DNA of 63,900 nt, the filler included, from Welwitschia mirabilis (lineage: Eukaryota): NCBI GenBank assembly GCA_051453625.1. It is 6 parts of one record of this genome, joined end to end, with 100 filler letters (N's around TTAATTAATTAA, not from the genome) between each part and the next. Parts side by side here need not be neighbours in the genome. Positions count along the whole stretch, not along the records: positions 39,172 to 60,569 come from JBOZIK010000001.1; 5 more parts are not named here. One strand, given 5' to 3'. The translations under genes and the position numbers were made by a program. The notes below the pieces were generated by a model. That model was given only the letters and a program-made list of their open reading frames with translations, searched no databases and was not told where the DNA came from. Positions 40,937 through 53,934 of the stretch are shown one piece after another (the stretch's first letter is position 1; every line of letters begins with the position of its first letter).

Positions 40937-43790
40937 GATGATCTTGAGAACACAAATTTTATGAAGTCATACTTAAAATTTTATCAAATAAAACCTAGGA
41001 CTTCCATTTAAAGTATAGACTTATTGTATTTCTTCTTAGAACTAGATGCAATAAACTACTATAAAGCAAGTGAAAAATTAAAGGCAATAAAAAGAGATTT
41101 TAAGAAAAAGAGAATAGAAGCAAAAAGAAATATTTAAGGAGATCAAAGCCTAAAGCTAGGAATGAAGCATACTCTCAGAACTTAGCATGACCATAATATT
41201 AATGACAAGAGTTCCTACAATGAAAATATATTTGCTCCATTATTAAGCTAAAAATGTTAAACTTCATTAAATCTTAAGCATGATGACATAATTCCATTCA
41301 CTAGATAAGTGTTGATAAAGGCCTCAAGTAATTTTAGCTCTTATAGCATATCTATATAGGCATAGAAAGTAGGTAAATTCTCCAAAGGCCATAAAGCATT
41401 AGTATAAACCATAGGTTAACATGCAAACATGAAAAAATCACTCAAAAATAATATATAATATAATATACACACTTTCTATTGAAAATATCTTATCAAAGAA
41501 TCAACTACCATTTCTATGACTTATCAAAACCATTTAAAGCATGTTGTTACCCATACTTGAAATCAAGAAATTAAATCGAAGAATACTAGTATTTTATTAA
41601 ATGAAATGGGAAAAGCAATAATACATGAATAGAAAACATCAAGCTATAGCTGAAATGTCATGCTTCCCTTAATGGCGACTCCATCCTAAGGGAATGATTT
41701 AGAAGCAAGAATGCATCAATCTTAGCATGGAGTATAATGAAATAACATGGAATAGAATTTAGCATAATAGAAAGGAAGATATTACAAAGTGAGGTGCTTG
41801 ACCCTTTGTATAATAAAGGATATGCTAAGGTTTGGAATTTCTATGTTTTTTTCAGCTAGGGTTTTCACATGTAGAAGTAGTTACTTTAAAACTAAAGTTA
41901 GTGGTAGATTTTGGTACAGAGAATGACTTAACTCATACTAAAAAACAACTTGCTTCTTCATGATAAGTATAGAACATGAGTTTTGAAGTGTAATTTATTA
42001 AATGATTGACATTGTTATACATCTAATAGGCATTGCTAGCATTTTATATAAGAATAGTTCCTTCTTTTTGAATGTACACCAAAGTATAGTTAAAAGCCTA
42101 AAAATGTCATTAGGAAAAGGATTAAATCAAATATGACATTAAAAAGAGCATAATAAAAATTTTATGATTATAGTAGTTAAATTACTATTTTTACTTAAAT
42201 AAATTAGCCTAAAATACTCAAAATAAATGATAAATTTCACATGTTAACACACCCCTAACCAATATTTTTCTAGTTCCTTAGGGGAAAAAATGATAAAAAA
42301 TGAGTAACATACAAAAATTTATAATTGAAAAAAATTCAAGCATAATGTGAAAATGATAAAAACTTGAAAAAGTTTAACCAATTTTTTAAAAAATAAGATA
42401 TTAAAAATAATATTAAAGTGCAAATGCCCTATTCCCTAATCAAAGTTAAGATTTATCCTTAATGTTTGAAAAGATAGAAAAATAGATGTAGGTTTTGATA
42501 ACAACTTAATAAAAACATTAGGAGAGATATGATTTAGTTCATGTTATTTTATCAAAAATAGAAAAACTACAAGAAAAATAATGCAAAACAAAACTACAAT
42601 GCATAAGAGAAGAAAAAATAAAAATCCTAAAAGATGCATAATGTAAAATAAAATTTAATAAGAGATGGTTAAGTAAAGAGGCTTTACAAATAATTGTTAT
42701 AGATGAAAGTGTAGAGGATAAGGAAATATAAATAGTTAAAGGGAGAAAGATGAAAAAGAATATGATAATTAAGTGAAAAAATGAGATGGAAAATGAATAA
42801 AGATTATTACAATTTACTTCTATAAAAGATTATGACATGCCAGTAACTTAAGATGATTATAAGAAACAAAAGAAAATGCACTTGTAAGAAACAAAATAAA
42901 AGTATCTCCTTCGATAAGAGAGAAAAGGATCTTTATAGATAGATAAACAAAGGCACATATCTTAAGATCATAAGATCACATGATTTAGCATTAATAAGTG
43001 GGATGAGTAATAAGTGACATTGGAGTATAAAAAGAAATCACATTTATGACTCATGCACCTAAGTAGGGTGAGTAATCTTCTTGATTTAGTTAGCAAGTTT
43101 AATTACATGGATCATTTCCTTATGTTAGATCTTTTTAATCCTTCATAGAATCATAAGTAAGTTTAATTCATTCAAGACGTGCATCAAAAGAATAAATGCA
43201 TAAATATCAAAATTAGCATGTGGCATAATGAGATAAACTCTTCAATTCCAATGAATAAAATAATAAGTATGCTATGAACAAAGTACCCTTATACATCTCA
43301 AGAACATAAAAGTCATGGTAGAGTAAATCTACTTATTTATCATTCTTGGTTCTAGGTAAGAGTGCATGTACTTGTTTAAATGCTTATTTATTTCAAAATA
43401 CATAAAATCTATCAATTACGTATCATAAGTAAGAAAATATTTATTCATAATATAGTAACTCTATCACATTTACCAAGAATCTAAATGAGTATAAAAAATA
43501 AGAAAGTAAAATATATTATTATGTCCTCTTGAAAGCTCTAATTATTTTATCATGTGATTTTAATTCCTCACATAATGGGATTATCTAATTCTAAATGTTT
43601 GGATAGGTTTTCTCATAAAGACACTTTAACATAATTTTTTATTATTTTCATGGTAAATTATAAAGATTACAAACCAATATTAATTTTTAAATGACATCTT
43701 ATGTGACAAGGAACTTAAATAAGGATAGTTATTCATTTGACATAAAGCTTAACATGCTTATTATTCAAGTAAATAAGGTTTAAAAAATAT
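40937..43790 (-). mobile_element. Athila-like gypsy remnant: 3' LTR (~40937-42248) plus 3' non-coding internal region
   Basis: PPT-like TTAGGGGTG directly before TGTTAACA on the minus strand at ~42249-42257; truncated by duplication copy B; left boundary approximate. Confidence 0.5.
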
Positions 43791-44499
43791 GGAATATGAT
43801 AGAAACATCTCATCAAGTTCACATAAAGAGCTCCTCTTAAGCATCCAACTTCAAGATCTCATCCTTTCCATTCTCAACTCTAACTCTGAAGGCATACTTT
43901 TTATCTAAGTAGTTAATATTATTTATATAAATTTCTTAATTTTATAGATTTGATGCTTACATATTCCCATATGCAATAGGGTCTAGTCATTACCCGTAAA
44001 ATAACTCTCTTAAAATATCTCTCACATACCTCAAAAGTATTTACCATTTTACACACATATACTTATATTTATTTACATACATCATAAGAATATAATTCTT
44101 TGTCTCTTTTACACATATACTTTCTCCCACTTTCTAACTCTTAACAATGATAAATATCCTCCTATGATGTCCTAAATCATACATCCTCTCTTAAAAATGA
44201 TATCATCCTCAAGAATGAGGAATTATTATTGTAGCACCAACTTCATCATTAAAAAATTGTAACTTCACACATGAAGGGAGGATGAAGGAAGGATGTCCTT
44301 GAAAAACATGAGATTCTTCTCTTCATCATGTGCTGAATCATTCATAGTTACTATACCTTTCATGATCTACATGTTATTAAATACAAAAAGAAAAATCTGT
44401 TTTGGTGGAATTTCTCCTTGTCATTATTTTAAGTCATTGAAGTATCCTATTCTAAGTCATGCTATTTTGCTTTAGCATAATATTTATACAAGATATTTT

Positions 44500-47400
44500 A
44501 ATTAAGAATGGAAGAGCAAGAGAAACAAAGCAATATTTTTTACAAAATGCAAATTTTGTTTCCCCTCTTTATTACACTAAAGAGCTTACTTTTAAAGAAA
44601 AGCATACCACTAGGGTTTCACTAGGATTTATACACTCCCCTAGGCATGTAATGATGATGTGCATTACAAGCCTTAGCTTTTGCCATCTTAACGTGGGAAT
44701 GTTCTTTCTTCCAAAGGAAAACTCTACTACCTAGAGAAAAACCTTGGGAATGTAGCCTATAACAAAACCTCCTTAGAGGAGTTTCTATATGAGAAAACCA
44801 CTTCATTTCAAAAGTAGTCAATTTAGTACTACATATCCCATAGTAGATAGGACTATCATGTGTATTATACATCTTGGAATGCTAAGAAAAAGTTATAATT
44901 TACATCCCCTAGTACTATAATTAAGAGTAAATTTAAATAGAGATTCAAATATCAAATGAAGTCATAAGAGAGAAAAAATGATTCTAAATCAACTCATTAT
45001 CGATCCAATTCTAGATTGGAAGTGTTAGAAGTTCTTTTAATCAAGTGATTTTGTAAGTATATCAATAATTTTCTCTATCATTAGATATTATATAGGTATA
45101 ATAACTTCATTTTATATGAACTCCTTAATTTTATGAATTTCAAAACAAAAGTGTTTTATCTTATCACATGGAATTGAATCTTTTACTATGCAAATTATTA
45201 ACTAATTATTGATGAAGAATTCTATTTCTTTAGTTTTAAATTTAATACTTAAAATAATTTTTCTAATCATTTAAGTTCTCACATGTCTTCAAAGTAGTTG
45301 TATATTCTATCTTAGCAAAAGATCACACTATAATCCCCAAGATAGGGGCAATGTCTCCAAGAACATGATATAGCTTAATGTTGATAATGAAGTATCAATT
45401 TCTATAGAAAAATTAGAATTAAAGTATACCTTTACATTGAATTTAGAGTTTATTTTATAGGTTAGACCTAAATATTTAGTATTCTTTATATATTTGAGTA
45501 CTCCTTTTGCAATATTCAGATGAGTAACCTTAGACATAGAAAGATATCTTGATAGTACACTAATAACATATGATATGTTTGGTGTAGTAATGGTTAAGTA
45601 AATTAGACTCCCCAATATTCTTATATATTCATGTTTATTTAAAAGTTTTAAGTCTTCATCAGTTGATATCTTGACATTTTTTCCAAAGATGTCACAACTT
45701 CTTTTTTATTCTCTAGTTTAAAATTCTAGATTAGAACTTTGATGTACTTCTTTTGTGTTAGGCATATTTCATTCTTTTTCTTAGTGATTATACATCTAGA
45801 TAAAATATCATTAATATGAGATTAAAAATTATAAATGCCTTATTTAAAGTAATTTTTATCCTTTTCACATATTTTTCATCACCTTTGGGTATTAGCATAT
45901 CATTTGCATACATTACTATATATGTAGATTTATATCCATTAGATTTTATGAATAATATGATATCCACATCTTGATAATTATATAAAATTAATCCAATGAA
46001 ACTTAAATAATTTTAAAGCTTAGTATACCACACTCTTGGTGCTGCTTTTAACTCAAATAGAGACTTGATCAATGTACACACCTTATGTTCTTTAATTTTT
46101 ACTTTAAACCCTTTAGTTGTATCATGTAAATTTATTGTTTTAAATATTCATGAAGAAAGGTATTTTTTATGTTTAATTAATAAAGATTTCATCCTCTTTG
46201 TACTACTAAGGAAATCAGTGTTTTAGTAATAGCCGATTTTCCTATAGGTATAAAGACTTTATTGTAATCAATTCCTTTCTTCTATCATAGGCTATAACAG
46301 AAAGTTTAGCTATATATAATTCGAGATTATTGTTCACATTTTATTTGTTATGGAAAATCCCTTTGTTAGGTAAGGCTATTCACCATAACATAAAGTCCAT
46401 CAACTCCCAAGTACTATTTTTAACAAAATTATTTTATTCTACTTACATAAATTTTATCCAATGATTATGTTGAATGAAATCCTTAAATGAGGTTGGCTCA
46501 TCATCAAAGTTTAAGTAGATCTTGACATCATTGTTATTATTAAATGTATGTGAGCCATGTCTAGTTCAAGTTTAGAAGGTAGATTGTAGTTAAGTAGAAT
46601 CCCTTGAATTGCTACCAGCACCATGATCAACTATGCTAGGATCACTAAATTACTCATTTCTTATAGGTTGCAAAGTAAAAGTACCAATATAAGAAATTAA
46701 AGCTTTACTATTAACCAAATCCTCCCCTTAACCATAGAACATTAAGCATGTAATATGGTTATAGGATTAGAGAAAGGATAAAGCTTCAAAGGCTTAAGTT
46801 GAGAATCATTATTTGAAGTCTTTGTAAAGATAACATCATGAGAAACAATGATCTTATAATGCTATAAAATATGCACTTGTTAATCCTTTTGGTTGATTAA
46901 ATATCCCACCAAGATACTAATGCAAGGATGTGCTTCAAATTTGTCACAATGNNNNNNNNNNNNNNNNNNNNNNNNNNNNNNNNNNNNNNNNNNNNNNNNN
47001 NNNNNNNNNNNNNNNNNNNNNNNNNNNNNNNNNNNNNNNNNNNNNNNNNNNTCACTTAGGATATGGACATAGCACTTGCAACTAACAACAAAAAATGGTA
47101 TAACTTCAACTTATACAAGTATTACTTTTCAATTGAAGATACTCCATTTTTATCATATGAACCAATATAATTATTAAGATTTACTAGTATGTTCACTGCT
47201 TCACCCCAAAGATAGGCCTGCAACCACTAAAATGCATCATAGAACATGTTATATCCATGATTTACTTCATATAATCCAAATTATAATGGAATAGATTCTA
47301 GGGAGATACTCTTAGAGCTTATGCTTGCATATAATTCATCAAATCTAAATAACAAACTTTGGATATTTTAAAGATGTTTAAAGCTAACGTAGACAAGTAA

Positions 47401-47781
47401 GCATACTATAGAATTTAAAGTTTTCACTCATATAATAATGGCAAGTACATATCTCTTGAGTTCAAATACTTTATCACTTCTAGAGGAATTCAACATTTGA
47501 AAGCCTTCCTAGGGATAACCTAATAAAATGGCATATTTGAAGCACTTAAAGGCATGCAAGATTTAAGAGTTTCAAGAATCTTATCTTGAGCTCTAGTACC
47601 ACTTGTTAAGAATGCAAGAGCTAAGAAAACAAAATAAGATTTTTCCCAAAATGAAAATTTTATTTTACCTTTATATTACACTAAAGAACTTACTTTTAAA
47701 GGTAAGTACATCATTAGGGTTTTACTAGTATTTACATGCTTTCCTAGGCATGTGACCTGGTATGCATTATAATCCTAAGCA
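44500..47781 (-). mobile_element. Paralogous copy of the short-LTR copia derivative
   Basis: LTRs 44500-44678 and 47604-47781, PBS 47590-47601, RT motif GSLIYLTITTPNISY (ORF 45328-45615), same flanks as copy A. Confidence 0.88.
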
Positions 47782-48429
47782 CTTTCTTACTAGAGATAAT
47801 CTTCTTTAATAATTCTTAATCCATACGTATGAACTTTTCTCACTTTCGTTTTACTTGTTTGAATGCTTATGAGTTTTCTTCATTTGCTTTCTAATATCTT
47901 AAAAAGACATGAATTCCTAGTAAATTTTTAATATCAATGGATGTAGAGCTAATGCAATGAAAATCCAAAGAACACTTTTGGGATTATGTATTTAGTAAGG
48001 AACAAAAAAAAAAAAAGGAAGAAATATGCAAGGAAAAAAGTATTAGAGACAATGAAATAATCACTTTGTATTAATGTTTTAAAAGATATAAGATTATAGA
48101 CTAGAACCGCAATTGACATAACTATTAAGATATCTCCTCAATAGTGGCCTCTAAAAGCCTCACTTTAACTTTTACTACTTTGACTCCTTTGATGATTGGT
48201 AGTATTCAAGAGAAAATATAAGCTAATCAAGATCTTACATAAGAAACCATCTTCTTAAGTTCCCTTAAAGATCTCCTCTTAAGAAGATCTTACATTTCTC
48301 CATTCTTAATACCAACTCCCAAAGCATACTCTTCATCTTAATGCTTACTCTTATTTATATAAATTTACTAATCTTCTTAATTTATCTCTTACGTATTCCT
48401 ATCATTATGTGTAAGAGAACCTACACATT

Positions 48430-48448
48430 TATTATTATAATATAATAT

Positions 48449-48485
<37 letters not shown>
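48430..48485 (+). repeat. (AAT)n / AT-rich microsatellite
   Basis: Run of AAT units; corresponds to the shorter AAT/AAC tract at ~11074-11100. Confidence 0.9.
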
Positions 48486-48486
<1 letters not shown>

Positions 48487-51400
48487 ATTCTTATAAGATG
48501 CTTCAACATTAGTAAAGAAGATGCTATGTTGAAATTGCCACTCCAAAATCATCCTAAAATCCTCATCTTGCATATCCTAATTTTAAAACCCTCTAATTAT
48601 TCAATTACATTTTGACTCCATTTAATAATTAAATAATTTCTCAAGAAAATAAATTAGCAGGATTGAGATACAAACTCTATTTTTAAAATTTTTTTCTTAA
48701 GCAACATGGATTTATGTTTCTATGTCAAAGTCAACTTACTATTATTACATTAGAGCTTATAAACGAAAAAGGCAAATGAAAAATGCAAAGGCCTAGTTTT
48801 TATAGTTTATTTATTTATAAATATGTTTATAATATGTTATAGGTTAGTTTTCTAAATGTTAATAGAATAATACTCCTTTTTAAAGAAAATTAATTCATAC
48901 AAAATTATAAAAATTAAGCTTTTGCATTTGCATTATACGAGTTATTATATCTATACTAAAGAAAAAGTATGAAGAAGAGAATTAAGATTAAAACTTTAAA
49001 TATTATAAGTGGCATATTAAATTTAAAACTTTAAGTAACTATATCTTCTTTAAAAAGTAAAACTATCAGGAGTGATCATGATTTACATATGCTTAAGACT
49101 TTATAATGTGCTAAGTAGGAAATAAAAATATTGATAATTATAATCTCTTAAATTTAATATTAATGGTTCATTAATTGAACTATCATCCCTTTTACTATGT
49201 AATTTATGCTGACTAGATACACTCTAAAATATAAACAATATTCTCTATCACATCCTCTTAGTTTATATTGTGTATCATTAGTATGTATGTAAAGGAATGA
49301 CTATGGTTATGTCATTATTATTTTTAAGGAATGTTTGATTGTTATCATTTATGATCCATGCTTTCATAGTACATAATTAAAATAATTCCATTTTATTATT
49401 ATATATACACATGTTTTCTATTTTCTTTTCTCTTAAACCAAAAATAAAATAAAAGGAAGATTGCAATATTGATATTATTAACTATTAAATGATAGTTTTG
49501 TTGTGGAATACTTTATTATTTAGGAGTTCATGAATTTGAAAGTTTGAATTATTTAATTAGTACACTATGAGGCCTTATGCATAATCAAATCATTTATTTG
49601 GATAATTATGGTGGCTAAACTTCTAAGAGGAAGTTTGGTCATAAAAATTTTTGAATTTCGCATATTCTTAATAACATTTATATAAGATATAATAAAAATA
49701 TTATCTAATATCTTAAATTTTATATTTATACACATATAAGACTTAAAATACTAAGTTTTTTAAATTATGAAATAGTGCCTTCATTAGCTACATGATAATT
49801 CTATGAATGTACAAGAACTCCTTTCAATGAGATTATGTAATGCATATTCTATTATGTTTTTTATGATATAAATGAAAAATGGAATATATGACATGGTTCT
49901 TATTTGATAGAATGCATGTAATATAGTTTTTAAAGAAAAAAGAAAGTAATTTTCAACATGGAGACAAAGGTTAACAATTTCTTTTATTATGATATATAGA
50001 GATATAGAAATTAATGATTTGGTTTATGAGAGTACTCACAAACATCTTTTAATAATTGAAAATCTAAATGACTCAAGAATAAAGTTTATGGTTTTAATAT
50101 TATATATAATAAATAACATTTTTTAATTTATGTTTATATTAAGACTTTAATTACTATCTTTCTCTTAATCACGGGATTTTGATGTACCTTCTATTTTACC
50201 TTCTACTTATTGATAGTGCCTTGGCCAATACTAGGTTTAATAGAAGTAAGTTAGATAGCTAATGTAATAATAGTAAGAAAAGGCTTTCATTGGTTATAAT
50301 ATCATATTACTAATTTATAGGAAATACTTTTCTTTAAACATTCCTAAATTATGTTGTCATATTTTTTCTTAATATGTGATTTTCCACGTATGAAACTAAT
50401 GAAAAATGGAATTTAGAAGGTAGTTTTTTATTTGATAAGATGTTATACATGTAATATAGCGTTTTTATTAGAAAGAGAAAAATTTTTAACATGAAATAAA
50501 GGAATAGAGCTTATTTTGGTATGAAAAAAAATATGTTATAAAAGGATGTAGTTTACAAGATTATCTAAGTTGATTTTGATAATAAGAATAAAATGACTTA
50601 AAAAAATAATTTTAATATTATATGAAATAAAAATAATATATAATATCGTCTTTCTTTCATTTATGCACATGTTAAAACTTTAGCTAGTAAAAAATTTTCT
50701 TAAAATTATGAAATTTTTTATTCATTGGCTATAGTACCATCTATTACTTTAAGAGTGCCTTTATTATAATAATGTTTAACTTATTCTATCTTATACTTTT
50801 GAATTTGTTATTTTAATTTTATATTAGTAGATACAATATTTATAATGCTAATGGGATGGTACTTTAACTAGTGAAACGTTCATTCTCCATTAAAAGGTTA
50901 TAGGTTTGAATGCTCTATGAGGATTTTAGGGGGGGTAAATCATTTCTTCTGGTGATTGTGGTAATTATACTTCTAGGGGAGCTATTTGGATTGAAAAATT
51001 TTACTTTGACATTCTTTAATCTATGATACTAATGACAAAAGCAATTTATTAAGTAGTTCTTTATTTGACAATGTGCATGTAAGATAACTTTTATTAGAAA
51101 TAAAAAATAATTTTTAATATATAAAAAAATGCAAAAAGTTATTTTATTATCACATTGAAAGATATTTTAATGAATAAATTAGTTTACATATTATTAAGAC
51201 ACATATTTAATCACTAGAATCTTAAAAGAATTGAAATGAATTTTATTTCTTTAAAATTTTTATGGATTCTAAATTCTATTTAAAAAAATAGGCTACATGA
51301 CTATTGATTTTTTAATGAGCACTTCCTATATCATAAATTTCTTAAGTTACATTATCTTTAATTTTTTAAAATAATATGGAACCTAATAAATTTTGTAATT

Positions 51401-51969
51401 AATTTTTACTTATCTATTATATTAAAAAAAAGGATAACCATGTTTGGATGGAAAATGAAATACTATCAAAATCTATAATCATTTATCTTATAGTAATAAG
51501 GTCTTTAAATAAAGTTTAATCAATTATTTATCAAGAATGACTAATGAAGTATAATTATTCATATTTAGTAGATTTCAAATGTAAAAAGAAAATATCACCA
51601 AATAGTGGATCGAGTGTTGTTAACTTATGCTATAAAAAAAAAAGAAAGTAAAGTACCAATTTCATAAGCTACAAATACTAAATTATTAATTAGAAAGTTA
51701 GAGAAACTAGGTTAATTCTAAATAAGATTATTATTTTGGTATAACACTCAGATTCCTAGGAAAATTAAGTTGGGAAAAAAATTTGACATAAATATAAAAA
51801 TCCATGCATAATTTCATGTCATTCCAAATATAAATTAAAATATAAATAGTTTGTTATAAGAATACTATATAATGTATGACATCTAATCTTCTTGAAAGAA
51901 CCAATATTACAAAAATGGCTTAATGGTGCTAAATTTCCACATTTAATGCTTCATGAACTAAAGGATTAG

Positions 51970-53915
51970 TGCTTATCATAAGAGCTCAAAGAAAGATTAT
52001 GAAGAATTTAAGTATATGTAATATCCATCAGAGTGATGATACTAAAGATTTTCACTTCATAAGGAGTTAAGGGTGTATATAGGATATGATTTAAGTATAT
52101 TTTTATCCTTAATAAGGGTCTTGAAAACCTAGGTATAGTATAAAATAATCTAATGTATGCAATCATTAGATGGTCAGGATTCATTTTCAAAAGATCAACC
52201 TATGTCTCCATGTTATCACCATGTCAAGAAAGTAGTTTACTATAGCATAATCATATTAGTTCCTAGCATAGTTTTATGTGAGCTATATAAGTATTGATTT
52301 TGGGCATAGATATGTAGCTAAAAAATAACTTAAAAGATAGTAAAAAGTTAAAGTTTATTAATTATAAATCATAACTTGAATTCATATATAAATCATGGTA
52401 AATAATGATATCATGATTTTATAATAGTTATGGGTGAATGTAACTCAAACATGGAATCTACAAATATTTAGTCTAAACCTCTCTCAAATAAGCTATGTTT
52501 ACAAACATAACTCTTTATAAAATATAGCTTTAAAAGAATCTTCTTATAAAATGTTCAAAATATCATGTGGAAATCCTTCTTGATTGAATATTCTTCTTTT
52601 GTTTTAACTAACTCATCGTATCTTCTTGACAAGAGTGTATATATTATGAAGAGTGATGGAGCTTGGATCTTTACAAATTCTCTATTTTATTTAATGAATA
52701 TTTACTTTTTTATGAGTTGAATTCCTTTTTCCCATTTTCTCATGCAATTCCTCTTCCCTGTTATGATCTTCATTATTTCATGTTTTATGAATTGTACTTT
52801 AATTTACATATATGTATTTATAGTCTTTTATATAAATACTTATTTCATTTAGTTTATTTTTCATGTGATATCATTCATGATCCATTCTACATGATGTTTT
52901 AGGTGATTTTAACTATTTTATAATTAATTTGTCTTGGGATTTTATTACATTTGGAATAATATAATATAAGATTTTTACTTATTTTTTACTAGCATCTTAT
53001 AATATATATGACATTGGAATATAGTTTTCTTGAATTTTTAATGGACTACTAATAATCTAGTTAGGAGGTATGTTGAGAATTTTTTTATGTATTCTCATCC
53101 TTAAATATAATTGTTATCTAGTCATACTATAATTATTTATACACATTTATATATAAATTTATATTATGTTTCATAATTACTAAAATTTAATCTTATAATA
53201 CATTTTAAGTTATTTGTAGCTATGTATTCATGTCTAAAAGTAGAAATTGCAAACATTACATAAAACTAAGCAAAATAGTTTTATAGTTATGCTACAATCA
53301 TGTATTTTTTAACATGTTGATAACATAAAATTATAGGTTGAGCTTTTAATAATACATTCTTATCACATATTGGATTAAACATGCTAGATTCTATCATGTT
53401 ATATCTAGAATTTTAAAATTCTTATTTAGAATGGTGGCATGTTTAAATCATAGCTAATATATACCATTAACTCCTTATGAAGCGAAAATATTTAATANNN
53501 NNNNNNNNNNNNNNNNNNNNNNNNNNNNNNNNNNNNNNNNNNNNNNNNNNNNNNNNNNNNNNNNNNNNNNNNNNNNNNNNNNNNNNNNNNNNNNNNNNNN
53601 NNNNNNNNNNNNNNNNNNNNNNNNNNNNNNNNNNNNNNNNNNNNNNNNNNNNNNNNNNNNNNNNNNNNNNNNNNNNNNNNNNNNNNNNNNNNNNNNNNNN
53701 NNNNNNNNNNNNNNNNNNNNNNNNNNNNNNNNNNNNNNNNNNNNNNNNNNNNNNNNNNNNNNNNNNNNNNNNNNNNNNNNNNNNNNNNNNNNNNNNNNNN
53801 NNNNNNNNNNNTCCTTATGAAGTGAAAATATTTAATATCTTATATCATCATTCTAATTAACTATTATATATGCTTATGATCTCTATGGCATTCTTTGAAG
53901 ATTATTCAAAAGCTT
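51970..53915. repeat. Paralogous long inverted repeat, arms ~51970-52415 and ~53120-53915 (gap in the right arm)
   Basis: ATTTTCACTTCATAAGGAGTTAA pairs with TTAACTCCTTATGAAGCGAAAAT. Confidence 0.75.
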
Positions 53916-53934
53916 ATAAGTTTCTTCAAATAAA

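Noticed and set aside
52663..52902. Hydrophobic short ORFs (also 4592-4777 and 12842-13069) as membrane peptides
   Set aside because: Expected by chance in T-rich DNA; the 52663 ORF is not preserved in the paralogue near 37450-37700.
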